This document shows positions 9,855 to 23,440 of a stretch of 64,000 bases of DNA, one piece after another. How positions within the stretch are numbered: position 1 is the first letter of the stretch; every line of letters starts with the position of its first letter. The position numbers were made by a program, and so were the translations under genes. The notes beneath the pieces were generated by a model that was given only the letters and a program-made list of their open reading frames with translations, made no database searches and was not told the DNA's origin. The DNA comes from the human T2T-CHM13v2.0 reference genome, Homo sapiens: the NCBI RefSeq assembly GCF_009914755.1, contig NC_060932.1; one strand, written 5' to 3'.

Positions 9855-12800
9855 ACTGGATCAAGGAGGCCAGTAGGCACTAACTGGGGATGACAGGGTG
9901 GCAGCCCTGTCTGGGAAGTGCAGGGACTCCCCACCTCCTGTGGCCTGTCGAGACCCAAGCTGGGGACAGAGCTGCCACCTGCCTCCTGCATGGTGGGCGC
10001 CAGGCCACCATAGCCTGGGGGAGGGGGCTTTTGCCCAGAGAGCACGCCTCTCCCCACCGCAGACCCCTGGGGTGCGCCCAACCCGTCCCACCCCTGCCCA
10101 CACATGCCTCTCCCCTGGCTGCCACCAAGCCTGGGCCTGTGCTCCTGGCCCTGCCCTCTGCCCCAGGCCATCTCCTCCCCTGCTGCCCCCTCCCCCGCCG
10201 TCGTGTCCCTCTGCCACAGAGGGGGGGCCTCACAGCTGAAGCCACACGTGGCTGGGACCTGGCTCCCGTCACCGCCTCCGTCCTGTGAAGTGGAGGAAGC
10301 CTGGTGCACAGGGGTGCTGTGGCGATGTGGGGGGCCCTGAGGTCCTGCTGCCAGCCAGGGGGAGGGGGGCGGAGGTCCTGGGATCTGGGGTCCAGAGTTC
10401 TAGTCAAGGCAGGGCTGGGCAGGAGGGGGGTCCCCCTCCCCACCTTCCACTTGGGGCTGCTCTCCAGAAGAGAAAGCGGATGCCTACCAGCCCAGCCCCT
10501 CAGACTTGGACCATGCCCCTCCGGCATCTGTGGGAGTCCTGCCAGACAGCCCCTGGGCTGCGGGAAGGGACCGCGCCCCATCCCATCCTCATCCCTGCAG
10601 TAGCTGGTGGCTGCCTGCCCGGCGCAGGGGCCTGCTGAACAGGGGACTGCCCTGTCCAGCCCACCCACGGGACTCCAAGTCCACACAGGCAGCAGAGTCG
10701 GCAGCGGTGGGCAGAGTGGGGGGGCATCACCATGGCTCCTCAGGGACTGGTCAAGGGTGTGATGCCTGGCCTGGCAGGACCTGCAGTTTCACCCCCGGGG
10801 CCAGCTGTGGCCTGTGCCCCGCCAGAGGGCAGTGCAGCCCCTGGGGCCAGCACACAGGAGGCGGCAGCTCAGGGTCCTGTCCCATCTGCCCAGGCTAGGG
10901 AGCAAAGCAGGATCAGTGCGAGGCTGCGAGGCTGGGGGAAGGCAGGGCTGGCCGCTGGGGAGCGCTCGGTCCGCAGGCTGTGCGGTGAGAGCCACTGGGT
11001 GAGGCTTCCCGGGGGGCACAGCTGCCCCGAGGGGCCGGCTCAAGGCTGTCCCTGCAGCAGCACGTGTTGGTGCTTGCCTGCCCCCCCCGCAGCGCCACAC
11101 CGCGGCCTCTGTGGAGCCCGTTCTCTTCCCTTGAAGTCCTGCTTGCGCACTCCTGGGCGTTTCTGGCTAGCACCTTTTTGGCTTTTAGGGACGGGTTAGT
11201 GTCCCTTCCTCAGATGGCCCGGCCTGGACACACCCCATGCATGGGCCTTAGCCCCCACTTTCTGGGCCAGCCTTATCACTTTGGGCACTGTGTCACAGAT
11301 GGGCCGAGGGCAGGGATGGCACCGGCATGTCCGTGAGTGCCTGGATGTGTGGGGCATATGTTGCCTGGGAGGGAGGGGCCGGCACCCAGGAGCTGCTGCG
11401 GCCACAGTATGGTCCCGACCTACTCCCCATGCCCACGCGGAGCCAGGGCTCACGACGGATGTCGAGCAGCGCAGGGGCCGATGGCACACCGAGACCGTGT
11501 GTGCACCCTGCCCAGGCTTGGGGCCCACGGGGTGATGCTCCATTTTCAGAGTGGTCCCCAGGCAGGAGGCTGGGCTGAGCCTGCGCTGCCGTCCTTTCTG
11601 CTTTGCCAACAGAAAACTGCCGAGAAGGGAGAAGGCGGACTCCGTTTTGCTTGGGTCAGCAGTGAGCGGGATTAACACAGGGAGAGGGAGTGGGGAGGGG
11701 TGGGGGCGGGAGCCTGGGGATGGACAGGGCTGGGAGTGAGGTTGGGGATGGATTGCGGGGCACGAGGATGGATGGGTTGTGGGGACTGGGGATAGACCGA
11801 GGTGAGCCAAGGGCAGGGTCGCCCACTTCACTCTCCTCCTCACCCCCTCCCAGCCTCTCCCGCCGCCTCAAGCCAGCAGTTCTGGAAAATGAGTGAATGC
11901 AGACTGCCTGCAGGTGTTGGGGGTCAGGCCCTGTCCAGCACCCCCCTCCCACCGCACCCTCCCACAGTCCCCAGAGCACTATGTTTTCCCTGTTCCCAAC
12001 GGCCATGGTCAGGATCTGTGCCTGTGCGAGGTGGGCCACAGTGGCCGGTGGGCTGGCAAGGCTACAGCTGTCCTCATGCGCAGACAGCACCGCGGACCAT
12101 CTGCAGACATGGCATGGAGGTCCAGAGTGCCCAGGGGTTGATCCTGGAGGGGAGGCAGCGGAAGGCGGGGACTGGGGGCGCTCCGCAAAGCTCCAGATAG
12201 AAACCGGCTCCACGGGCTTCAGACCCCCCAGGACGGGGGTGCCGAGTGGGCAGCCGGGAGGGGCCCTGAGGAGAAGAGGGCATGGGGCCTAGACCCAGTG
12301 AGGCCTCAAGCCAGGGTGGCGGAGGTGGCACTGGGAGCTCTGGGTCACCTAGGTGGTGCTGCTGTCCACCTGAGAGGTGGCAGGGGCCAGGTCAGGCCTC
12401 GGTAGCAGACAAGCTTAGAGGGCTGAGTTTAGCCTCAGCTTCTCAGCATAAGGAGAGAGGCTGACAGCCTGTGGCCATGTCCTTGGCCACATCCTTAGCC
12501 ACCTCCAGGGCACTGGAGGCCTGCCTGTGGCCACTGTAACCCTCCCGATGTGAGAGGAAGAGATGGGACTCCAAAGCCACAACCCCACTACCCTCCCCAC
12601 CATCACCAGGGTCACAGCCCAACCACCGTCCCCTTCCACCACCCCCGAGGTCACATACACACCACCATTCCCCCCCAACTCCTGATGTCACACCCCCCAC
12701 CACTCTCCCCAACCCGAGGTCACATGGCACATCACTGTCCCCACCCACTGCTGACATCACGTCGCCTGCCCCTGTCATAGAGTGGACAGCACATACCCCA

Positions 12801-12951
12801 GCCTCCCCACACCAATCTCTGGTCCCCATGAGGCCGTCACCAGTGATATCAGTTCCCCCATCACTGCTGCCCTCACCTCCAGCTCACTCCTCTCGGCAGC
12901 TGCCCCATGGCGGTGGTCCCCTCACCCCCACCATGGCGTTCAGTGCATTAG

Positions 12952-13266
<315 letters not shown>

Positions 13267-15609
13267 ATCCTCCGAGCCCAGCCTCCGTGCCCGGCCTCCA
13301 CTGTTTTTTTCTTGGCTCCAGAGAGCAAGGTGGGACGGGCTGGGGATCTGCAGCGGGGGTGACGACCTCTCCAAGTCAGCAGGAGGAAGGGGCACCCACT
13401 TCTCCAGGGAAGGGTGGGCGGTGGAGGCTGCAGTGCCACCCTTCTGCCTTCCTGTTTGTCCTCATGGCCACTCATTGCCCATCGGCGATGACTGAGCACC
13501 TGCTGCTGGACACTTGCCTCCCAGGAGCCCCCTGGAGCCCTGGCCCCTCTCTGTGTGCGCTTCTTATGTCCTGCACATCCCAGTGATCATTATGACACAT
13601 GAGGTGCGCCTGGAAGTCAGAAGATAACGCCTAAGAGCTTGTCACGGGGGCCCCAGGCTCTTCATCTGCAGACGGAGCTGCTAAGGGAGCCTTGCAGATT
13701 CAGGGCCTTGACAAGGTCCCCGGTGCTCCCTGAGGACCAGGCCCAGTCTTGACCACATCTCTGTTCTGCCCACAACTCCCAGTGAGCAGTTGGGGGAGGG
13801 AGTAGAAGCCAGTGGTTGGGGAGATGCAGCCAAGGTCGGGGGTGAGCAGGTCACCAGCTGGGAGACGCATGGCAGGCTGACCTAGGTTCAGCTCAGGAGA
13901 GCTGCTGGAAACTCTCTCTGCCATGCTGGGCTCTGGGCTGTCAGCGGTGAAGACAGGCCTGGCTCTGCGGGGCTGACCATCTGGAGGCTGAGATTGCATC
14001 TCAGGGCAGAGGAAGCTCGGGGAGGTGTGAGAGGCCTGGTTCCCGCTGCACCTCCAGGCGAGCATGGTGTGGAAGGAGTGCGGGCCAAGCAGGGCTGGCA
14101 TGGGAGGGCAGGCCGCCTGTGGAAGGGGACCTGGGCCCCTATGGGGGGCTGCCCCAAGAGGGTACTGCCTGGGGCGCTGCGCCGATGCCTGGTGGGTGCT
14201 ACTGGCGCCTGCACCCAAGGACCAGGGGGCATCACCCCAGAGCACGGCTTATGAGGGTGCTGGGCGGGGTGTGGGGGGCGCCAGGGGATGTCTCAGCCTG
14301 GGTGTCAGCAGAGGAGGGGCAGGTTGGGGGTTCAGCCCAAGGTGGGCCCGCTGGTCGGGATGCCAGTGGGTTCCCAGGGGGGCGGCCTCCAAGAAGCTGC
14401 TGGGTGCACACTCTGTGGCCGGAGGGGGACTCAGGGGGACCTGGGGGTCACCCAAAGCCATGGGAGAGGGTTGGGGGCTGGACCTGAGGGGAGGACTGCC
14501 TGGGGACCCCTGGAGAGGAGTTTGAGGAGACTTGGGGCACAGGGGCTGTGCTGCGGGTGGGGAGGAGGGGAAGAGGAGCGGGAGGAGAGAGAGAGGAGTG
14601 GGGAAAGAGGAAGGGAGGGGACAAAACTGAGCAGAAGTGGTGAGCTCTGTCCACCTAAGGGCAAGTGCAGCCCGGCTTTGGGTGGGAGCCCTTGCGGAGG
14701 GAGATAGGCAGGGGCCCCTGTGGGTCAGCAGCCCAGGCTGGGCTTGGGGTGGGTCTCCTGGGTCTGGGAGCCTGAGAGCTGCTGGGGTAGGCTGGACAAG
14801 AGGCCTGGGCAGGCCCCTCTCAAGGCTGTCTCCTCTGGAGTCAGGGCTCTGGCCTGGCCCTGTCCACCCCTTCTGGGAGTAGGGTCTCCGGCTTCCCCCT
14901 CCTCACAGGGCTCTGCCCCAGAGGCTGTGCTGTCTTCAGGAGCCAGTGGCCCAGGCACCGATGCCTGCGCCACGGAGAGGCCTTGCCCACAACCTGGTGG
15001 GATAACCCTACTGGGCACCCACCCCGTGATAGCTGGGCTGCACGCCCGGGCATAACTCAGTGTTTACCTGGTGGGGGGTATTGGCGGCCCCCGCGGCTCC
15101 AGCTCCCCCCACACCCCCTTCGGCCCCTAGACCGTGCGCCAGACATGCATTAAGGCAGGAGTGACTTATCGAGCTGTCAGGGGGAGCGTTTTAAGACAGA
15201 ATTATAGGGGAGAGGAAAAAGATTTTTACCAAATTAATGAAAAATCAATGTGGCCTCAAAAATCCATTAGCCTTCATAATGCGCTGGTTCCAGGCTGAGC
15301 CGCATAATCCGATGCCGGCTGTTAAACTCGTGGCGGTGCCCCCGCCCACCATTCATCACCGCACGGTGCTTACTCCTGAGAGTGACACCTGCCCGGTGCC
15401 CAGAGCCCCTGGGGGCCCCTGCCCTGGCTCCCTGACCACACACAGAGGCTGCAGGGAGCCCTGGGGTGAAGCATGTAGACGGGGCAGTGGCGTGGATGGG
15501 ATAGAGAGTGCGCCGCTGGTTTTGGTGGTGTCCAGGGTAATCAGCTGCCAGGGTGGCATTGCCGGGGTGGCAGAGGGCCTGGTGTGCTGTTGGTGAGGGT
15601 GGCTAACAG

Positions 15610-16648
15610 TGACGGTGGCAAGTGACTGTGAGGTGAGTGACCTGGTGTGAATGACCACGGGGTGAGTGACCAGGTTTTAGTGACCACGGGGTGAGTGACC
15701 AGGCTTCAGTGACCACGGGGTGAGTGACCAGATTTTAGTGACCACGGGGTGAATGACCAGGTTTCAGTGACCACGGGGTGAGCGGCCTGGAGTGAGTGGC
15801 TGTGGGGTGAGTGACCAAGTGACCATGAGGGTGACTGACCGTGGGTGAGTGGCCTGGAGTGAGTGACTGTGGAGTGAGTGACTGTGAGGGTGAGTGACCT
15901 TAAGGGTGAGTGACCATGGGATGAGTGACCGTGAGATGAGTGACTGTAGGTTGAGTGACCTGGTTTTAGTGACCGTGGGGCGAGTGGCCTGGTTTTAGTG
16001 ACTGTGGGATGAGTGACCATAGGTTTAGTGACCTGGTTTTAGTGACTGTGAGGGTGAGTGACATGGTTTTAGTGACCGTGGGGTGAGTGACCTGGTTTTA
16101 GTGACTGTGGGGTGAATGACCGTGCAGTGTGTGACATGGTTTTAGTGGCTGTGGGGTGAGTGACATGGTTTTAGTGACTGTGGGGTGAGTGACATGGCTT
16201 TAGTGACCGTGGGTGAGTGGCCGTGGAGTGAATGACTCTGGGGTGAGTGACCTGGTTTTAGTGACCGTGGGGTGAGTGACATGGTTTTAGTGACTGTGGG
16301 GTGAGTGACATGGCTTTAGTGACTGTGGGTGAGTGGCCGTGGGGTGAATGACTCTGGGGTGAGTGACCTGGTTTTAGTGACTGTGAGGGTGAGTGACATG
16401 GTTTTAGTGACTGTGGGGTGAGTGACATGGCTTTAGTGACCGTGGGTGAGTGGCCGTGGGGTGAATGACTCTGGGGTGAGTGACCTGGTTTTAGTGACTG
16501 TGAGGGTGAGTGATTTGGTTTTAGTGACTGTGGGTGAGTGGCCGTGGGGTGAGTGACATGGTTTTAGTGACTGTGGGTGAGTGGCCGTGGGGTGAGTGAC
16601 CGTGCAGTGAGTGACCTACTTTTAGTGACTCTGGGGTGAGTGACTGGG
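15610..16648. repeat. Minisatellite, ~29-bp unit GGTGAGTGACCTGGTTTTAGTGACTGTGG, with ~116-bp higher-order period
   Basis: Direct inspection; marker tggctttagtgac recurs at 16195, 16311 and 16428. Confidence 0.95.
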
Positions 16649-17573
16649 TCGGTAACCATGTTGCTGCGTGGAGACAGGGTGGGCAACATAGGAGGCTGCT
16701 GGTCTTGGGGCTGAGCCAACCGGGCTGTGAGATGTTGGAAAGAGGTGTTTGTACAGCCATAACAGCGACCTTGCGGTGGCCAGGCACCCTGAGGAGGACG
16801 TGGACAGCTCCCTCCTGGGAACATCCTGTCTCCCCCCCGCCCACCTGGAGGCCCTTTGCCCTCACACAGGTCACTTGCTGGGTAGGCAGAGCCAGCGTCG
16901 TGGCCCCAGGGAGGTCTTGGGACAGCAGCAATCCTGATGGAGCCTGGAGCAGGTGGTTCGAAGGGAACTCCTTCCTTCCCCCCAAGAGGAAGATCTCCCC
17001 TCCACCTCACCCTGCCCCCTGCCCACCTGAGCTGAGATGGGGCACGTCCAGGTTGGGCAGCCGTAGACAGAGGGGTTGCCTGAGATCTCTGTGTGCCCAA
17101 CATGGAACAGGCGAGGCACTGGGAATCTAGATGGATTTTTTATTAAATTGACAAAAGTCTCTCTTGCCCTGGTCTCTCCTGGAATCTCACCTTAAAACTC
17201 TCCCTGGGGCCCTGACAGCTGCCTCCATCAGTGGCCCCCTCCCTCTGATCCCTCACAGAGAGGCAGGGCCAGCAGCTCTCTTGTCCCCACCTCCCTGAAG
17301 GGCTCTCCATGGGGCAGGGCAGGACTCCCAGGGAAACCACCCCTCACCTTGTAGTCCAGGGGCCCTCAGGCCACGTGCATCTGGCAGCTCCCCTCACCTG
17401 TGCCCCTCTCCCCGGCCCCCTTGCCTCACCCTCCTCCAGCCAAGGCCACAGTGGCACGTGGCCCACCTGCCTGTGCCCCACCTGGCCCCATGTATAGGCC
17501 CTGCGCACCCGGACTGCACTTTCCAGTAGGTTTATCCTCCCTCTGGAGCTCCCAATCCCCTTCTTATCGCATG

Positions 17574-18260
17574 CATCCATCCACCCATCCGTCCATCCAC
17601 CCATCCATCCACCCACTCATCCACCCATCCATCCACCCACCCATCCATCCATCCATCCATCCATCCACTCATCCATCCATCCATCCATCCATCCATCCAT
17701 CCATCCACTCATCCATCCATCCATCCATCCATCCACCCACCCATCCATCCATCCACCCATCAATCCATCCATCCATCCATCCACCCACCCATCCATCCAT
17801 CCACCCATCAATCCATCCATCCATCCATCCACCCATCCATCCAACCATCCATCTATCCGTCCATCCACCACCCATCCACCCACCCATTCATCCATCCATC
17901 TACCCATCCACCCATCCATCTATCCACCCATCCGTCCATCCACCCATCAATCCATCCATCCATCCACCCATCCATCCGACCATCCATCTATCCATCCATC
18001 CACCTGCCCATGCACCCACCCATCCATCAACTCACCCATCCATCCACCCACCCATTCATCCACCCATCCACCCATCCATCCATCCACACATCCATCCATC
18101 CACTTGTCCATCTGTCCATCCACCCATCCATCAACCCATCCATCCATCATCCACCCACCCATCCATTCATCCACCTATCCATCCACTCATCCACCCATCC
18201 ATCCACTCATCCACCCATCCATCCACTCATCCACCCATCCATCCATCCATCCATCCATTC
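17574..18260. repeat. (CCAT/CCAC)n tetranucleotide repeat
   Basis: About 690 bp of CCAY units. Confidence 0.97.
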
Positions 18261-20717
18261 ACCAAAGGGTCCCTGAGGTTCTCCTGGGATTCCTGCCCTA
18301 CTGCAAACTGGCCGCCCAGGAGTGTCTCAGTCCTGGCTCTCACAGGCCTTCTGCCCCGACCCTCACTGGCTTGGCCTGGGGCCTGCATGGGCAGCAGCCC
18401 ATACAAAGCCTAGCAGCCAGAGCCAGGGAGGGACAATACCAGGGCTGGGAGGAGGGGATATTCAGGGTGCTCCCACCTGCGTTGAGTTGGGGAGCCACAG
18501 CCCAGAAGGGAGTGCCTTTGCCCAAGGGCACAAGCATGAGGGGCGGTGGGCAGCGCCAGCCCCCACTCTGCAGCACCCCAGCCGGTGTGCAGCTGTCTCC
18601 GGGGCTCCAGCACTCAGCTCACTCAGCCCTGCTGGAGCCAGCCTGGCCACCACTATTGTCTCATGGATCAAATCCCAATTCATTAGTGGTGGATTGGTGG
18701 GGTGGGTGTGGTGGTCCAAGGACCTGTCTGCGGTTTTCTGGGTTGCCTGGCTCCGGGGTCCCAGAGGCTCCCAGTGCCCACCAAGCACACCTGCTTCCCA
18801 TGGTCGATCTGGTGGATGACATGCACCAGCCATGAATTGCTCAGGCTGGCAGGGCCACCCCAAGGTGACCTCTGAGGGGTGCCCAGGGCTGGCATAGGGC
18901 CCTTGTCACAAGCAGCCACATTCCTGACTTCCCAGCCCCTCCCTGCCGGTGGGACACACCCCCTCCTGCTGGTCTCTGTCTTTGTCCTGGAATCTTCATC
19001 CTTCCCCAATGTGTCTGTCTGCAGGTCTCATGTGGGTATCTGGGGTCCCTGCTCCCTCCTTCTCTCTGGGTCTGTGTCTGCCTTCTCCCCACCGCCCCAC
19101 AGCCTCTGAGCGGCCTCCTCCCTCTCTGTTGCTGGGGTCCCTCCCCTCAGGGTCTCCCTTGGGGCTGTCTCTTCTCACACCTGGGAGGATCTGGGATGCC
19201 CAGGGCTGGGCAGCCAGTAAAGCCCGGCCCTCAGGGCCAGCAGGCACCTGGGAAGGGGCTGTAGCTGCCCCTGGGTGCAGAGGTCACGGAGCCTCCCACC
19301 CTTCGGCCTGGGGCCAAGGTGGAGCTCACGGGCCAGGGATTGGGTCCCCCTGCCCATCCTGGGCAGGGCTGAGTGCCACTCACAGCAGGGGGGGCCAGGC
19401 CTCAGCTCTGTCCACTGCCCTAGGGCAGCATTGGAGTCCCCTCAGGCCTCTGGGTCCATGGAGCAGTGCCTGGTGGGGGTTGGGGTGGGAGGAGGTGCTT
19501 CTCCAGATCAGTGCTCACTCCGTGGCCTCTGCTGGGTGGACACCCCCACCCCCAGGCCCAGCCAGGCCCTCGTCTGTCTGATCAATGTCCGGGCACATCT
19601 GATGCCGGAGCGGATCTGCTGACCCAGACCTGGCCTGCCCCCTGCCGCCCCCACCTCATCAATAGCAGATCATCCGGCCTGGTGCCGTCCTCAGCCCCCT
19701 GGGGAGCTGGGGCAGGAACAGTGGCCTGGCCCTGGAGCCACAGTAAGGCGCCGTCCTGAGAGACAGGTCGGGCAGCCAGCTGGTGGCACATGGCTTCAAC
19801 GCTCAGCCCATCTCCCCAGTGGGTTCTTAGGCCCAGCAGGGCAGCCCCCCAAGCCTCACTCCTGGGACTTTAGTACAGACATGTGGGCCGCTGACCCTCA
19901 ACAGGATTCTGAGATGGGGCCAGCCGGGCCCCTGCAGGAACTCCTGGGTACATCACTCTCAGGTGGAATTGCTAACAGGCAGGGCTGACCCAGAGCGTGT
20001 GGGGCTGTGGGGCCGGGGGGCTGTGGGGCGGGTGGGCCCCCATCACGGGGTGTCCACGGGGAGGCCCAGTGGCCCTGCCCGGTTAGAGGGCCCATGGCTC
20101 ACTGTCCCCAGGACGAGGGCTCAGAGCTCCTCACCAGGCCTGCCCGGCCACCTCCATTATTGCCCTTAGGAGCCCTGGCTGGGCAGTTCACATGAGGCAC
20201 AGAGGCCAGGGACACAGATGGGACAGAGAAGAGATTAATCCACCTGGGGTCAAGGCCTGGCCCACGAAGCATGGCAGCCAGCGGGTGCTGCCCTGGTGAG
20301 GGTGGACATGGGCCACCCAGCCTCTCCAGGCCCATCCAGGGCAAAGAGTGTCTGTTCCTCCCAGGTGAAGGCTGTGGCCAGGACAGTGGAGCAGCCGGTC
20401 AGGGGCAGCTTCCCCGGGAAAGGCCCTGGGGGGCTTGCAAGTAAGGGAAGAAATCCAGGCCCCTCCCCTAGCAGGATCCTAGCAGTGAGCACTTCTGGGC
20501 TGGGGCCCTGCCTCCCACCCCTGCAGAGTCCCCTCCGCCAGGGTTCCCTTCCTCTCTGTGTGCACAGCTGACCTCATTTCCTGACAGTGGCGATCCCAGC
20601 AACTCCAGAGTAGATGAGGGAGTGGGACAAAGTGTGAGAGCTGGGGTTCACATCTGCTTGGGTTTCCCTTGTGTGTGTTTGTAATGGACACATGAGTTCT
20701 CCTGAACAGGGAAAGCC

Positions 20718-21388
20718 TTTTTTTTTTTTTTTTTTTTTAGCAAGGTCTCGCTCTGTCACCCAGGCTGGAGTGCAGTGGCACAATCATGGCTCGCCGAAGC
20801 CTCTACCTCCTGGACTCAAGTGATCCTCCCGCCTCAGCCTCCCAAGCATCTGGGACCACAGGTGCGTGCCACCACACCCAGCTAGCTTTTTTTATTTTTT
20901 GTTGAGACAAGGTCTGGTTATGTTGGCCAGTCTGGTCTTGAACTCCTGGGCTCAAGTGATCCTTCTGCCTCAGCCTCCTAAAGTGCTGGGATTACAGGCA
21001 TGAGCCACTGTGCCTGGCTAATTTTTAAAATTTTTTTAACTTTTTTTTTTTTTGAGACGCAGTTTTGCTCGTCGCCCAGGCTGGAGTGCAAAGGCAGATC
21101 TCGGCTCACTGCAACCTCTGCCTCCCAGGTTTAAGTGATTCTTCTGCCTCAGCCTCCCAAGTAGCTGAGATCATGTGCCACCACTCCTGGCTAATTTTGT
21201 ATTTTTAGTAGAGATGGAGTTTCACCATGTTGGCCGGGCTGGTCTCTAACTCCTGACCTCAAGTGATCCACCCGCCTCAGCCTCCCAAAATGCTGGGGTT
21301 ATAGGTGTGAGCCACCGCACCCAGCCTAATTTTTTTACTTTATTTCTATCTTTTGTAGAGACAGGGTCTCGCTCTGTTGTCCAGGCTG
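20718..21388 (-). mobile_element. Alu cluster: AluJ-like 20718-21018, AluS-like 21040-21326, fragment to ~21388
   Basis: Poly-T tails followed by antisense Alu consensus blocks. Confidence 0.93.
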
Positions 21389-23279
21389 CGGTAAATCCTT
21401 GAATAAGCTTGTGTGTTTCTGGGTGGTGGGTTTTATAACGCACACACCATGTGAGCTCATCTGAACAGATAAGCACTTAAAGAAAAACACACTTGAGACT
21501 GGTTTACTACCCACTCTGGGAACCTGGGTCTTTGCTTTCCCTGTAGGAGCCTGGGCCCCAGCCGTCTATTCTGTAAGCCCTCCGTCCCTATGGGCTGGAG
21601 GAGTGAGGGGAGCCGCCCGGGGACAAGTCCTTGGTGCACAGGTACCAGGATGGAGCTACCCAAAGGGGAGAAGTACAGTTCTCCCTGGGAAGGGGCAACT
21701 GCAGAGGGTTTTGAAGAATGAATAGGAGTTCTTTAGGCTGACTGAGGAAGCTTGAAACAGCATGGTGTGGGGAGTTAGGGAGGAGGGAGAGGAGGTCAGG
21801 CAGGCCAGCTCGTGGGGGCTGCAGAATAAGTTTTGGCAGGGCCAGAACTTGGAGCAGGTCGCCTGGTCACTGTGGGGAGTGGGTTGGAAGAGCAGCTGAA
21901 AGGTTTCCTAGGACCCTGATACAGCCCTTAGGTCTGTGGGGCTGGACTTGTGCTCCTATTTTAGCACCCAGAGAAGTCCAGAGACCTGTGCAGGGTCACA
22001 TAGCATATGGGACCTGGCTAGGTGGGACCTAGACACTCACCTACTGGCCTGTTCAGGGCTCTCTGTTGAGGCTTGACTTGAAGCCTCCAAGGGCAGGCCC
22101 GGCCCCTGCCCCCAGCATCCATCCCTTCCCCACCCTGGCACAGCGTCTGGGGGTGCACAGTGGGGCTGAGAGGAGGCTGGGTGGGCCCTGCCGTGGGGTG
22201 GTTGCATTTGGCTGCTCCCCCTCCCCGTGGCTGACTTGTGAGGAGGCTAGGATTGATCCGTTCTTGGAACTGGCGCTTGTGAATATTCCTAAAGAGGAAA
22301 ATCAATCAATTATCCCGGAGCAGGGCCATTTTTCTAACCGGGAGAACAAGCAGTTTTATGCACCTCGGAAGAGCCTCCCGGGGTCGATCGTGGCTGGGCC
22401 AAGCCAGCCGCCCTCTGAATCTCTCCTGGACTGGCGGTGGCCCCTGTCTCTACAGGCAGCCCTCCCGCGGCCTCACTCTGCCCGCTGCCAGGTCAGCATC
22501 CCCAGCCTCTGTGTGACAGGGAAGCCCAAAGCCGCCTGCTGGGGCTCCAGGGAGGGAGTTAAGGCCCCTCAGTGACTGGACTGAGGCAGAATTGCTCCTT
22601 CTGTTGAGCCCCAAATCCCACTGCCAAGATAGGGTCCCAGGCCTGAGGACCTCCCGCCAACACCAGAGCCCCACGCATGGGGGTGCTCCCACTCCGGCCT
22701 GCCCTGTCCCGGACGCCAACCCAGCGAGGGTGCGGAGTGCAGGGCGGGTGCAGACAGCGAAGGCCTGCAGTGGCTGCCTGCCAGGCTGGGAAGCTCCAGT
22801 GGCCTGAGGGTCCCAGATTCCACTGCCATCGAGGGAACTCCCTCCCCGCACCCCCAGCATTGACTCCTCTGTTCCAGGAGCTGGACCCTGACTGTATGTG
22901 GCGCCTGCCTCCAGCCCTGCTCTTCCCAGAGCCCTCCTGGGTCTGGCCTGGGCCAGGCCTGGGCCAGGCCTGCCCTCCAGGGACTCCCACAGGGTGCTGG
23001 GCGGCAGGGCCCCGCCCATGCCCTTCTGCTCAAACCTTGGGTGCTCTACCCTCCCACTGTCCCCTCCTGGACTGTCACTGTTCCTCCTAGGGGGCAGTGA
23101 TGGAAGGGGCCCACCTACCCATATGTCCCCTGGTTCCCTCAGTCACCCCGACCCTGGCAGGAGGGTTAGGCTGGCCTCGTGAGCCCCAGGACAGGCTGTC
23201 CTGAAACGGTCACCTCCCAAGCCCAGTGTCCCACTCAGAGCTGGGCCTCCATAGAGGACCCCACAGGACGGCTTGATTA

Positions 23280-23440
23280 CTTAAAATTGTGATTACGGTA
23301 AAATGTGTTACGATTTCAGCCATCTCTGAGGGTGCACCTGAGTGGTGTGAAGCGCGCCCACATCCTCGTGCCTCCAGAATCTTCCATCTTCCCAAACTGA
23401 CTCTGTTCCCGTGAAACACTCGCCTCCCCAGCCCCGGTCC
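23280..23440 (-). mobile_element. Old L1M 3'-end fragment
   Basis: ctccagaatcttccatcttcccaaactgactctgttccc resembles the antisense L1MB 3' consensus (from memory). Confidence 0.55.

Noticed and set aside
17400-18413. 337-aa HPSI-repeat ORF
   Set aside because: Translation of (CCAT)n
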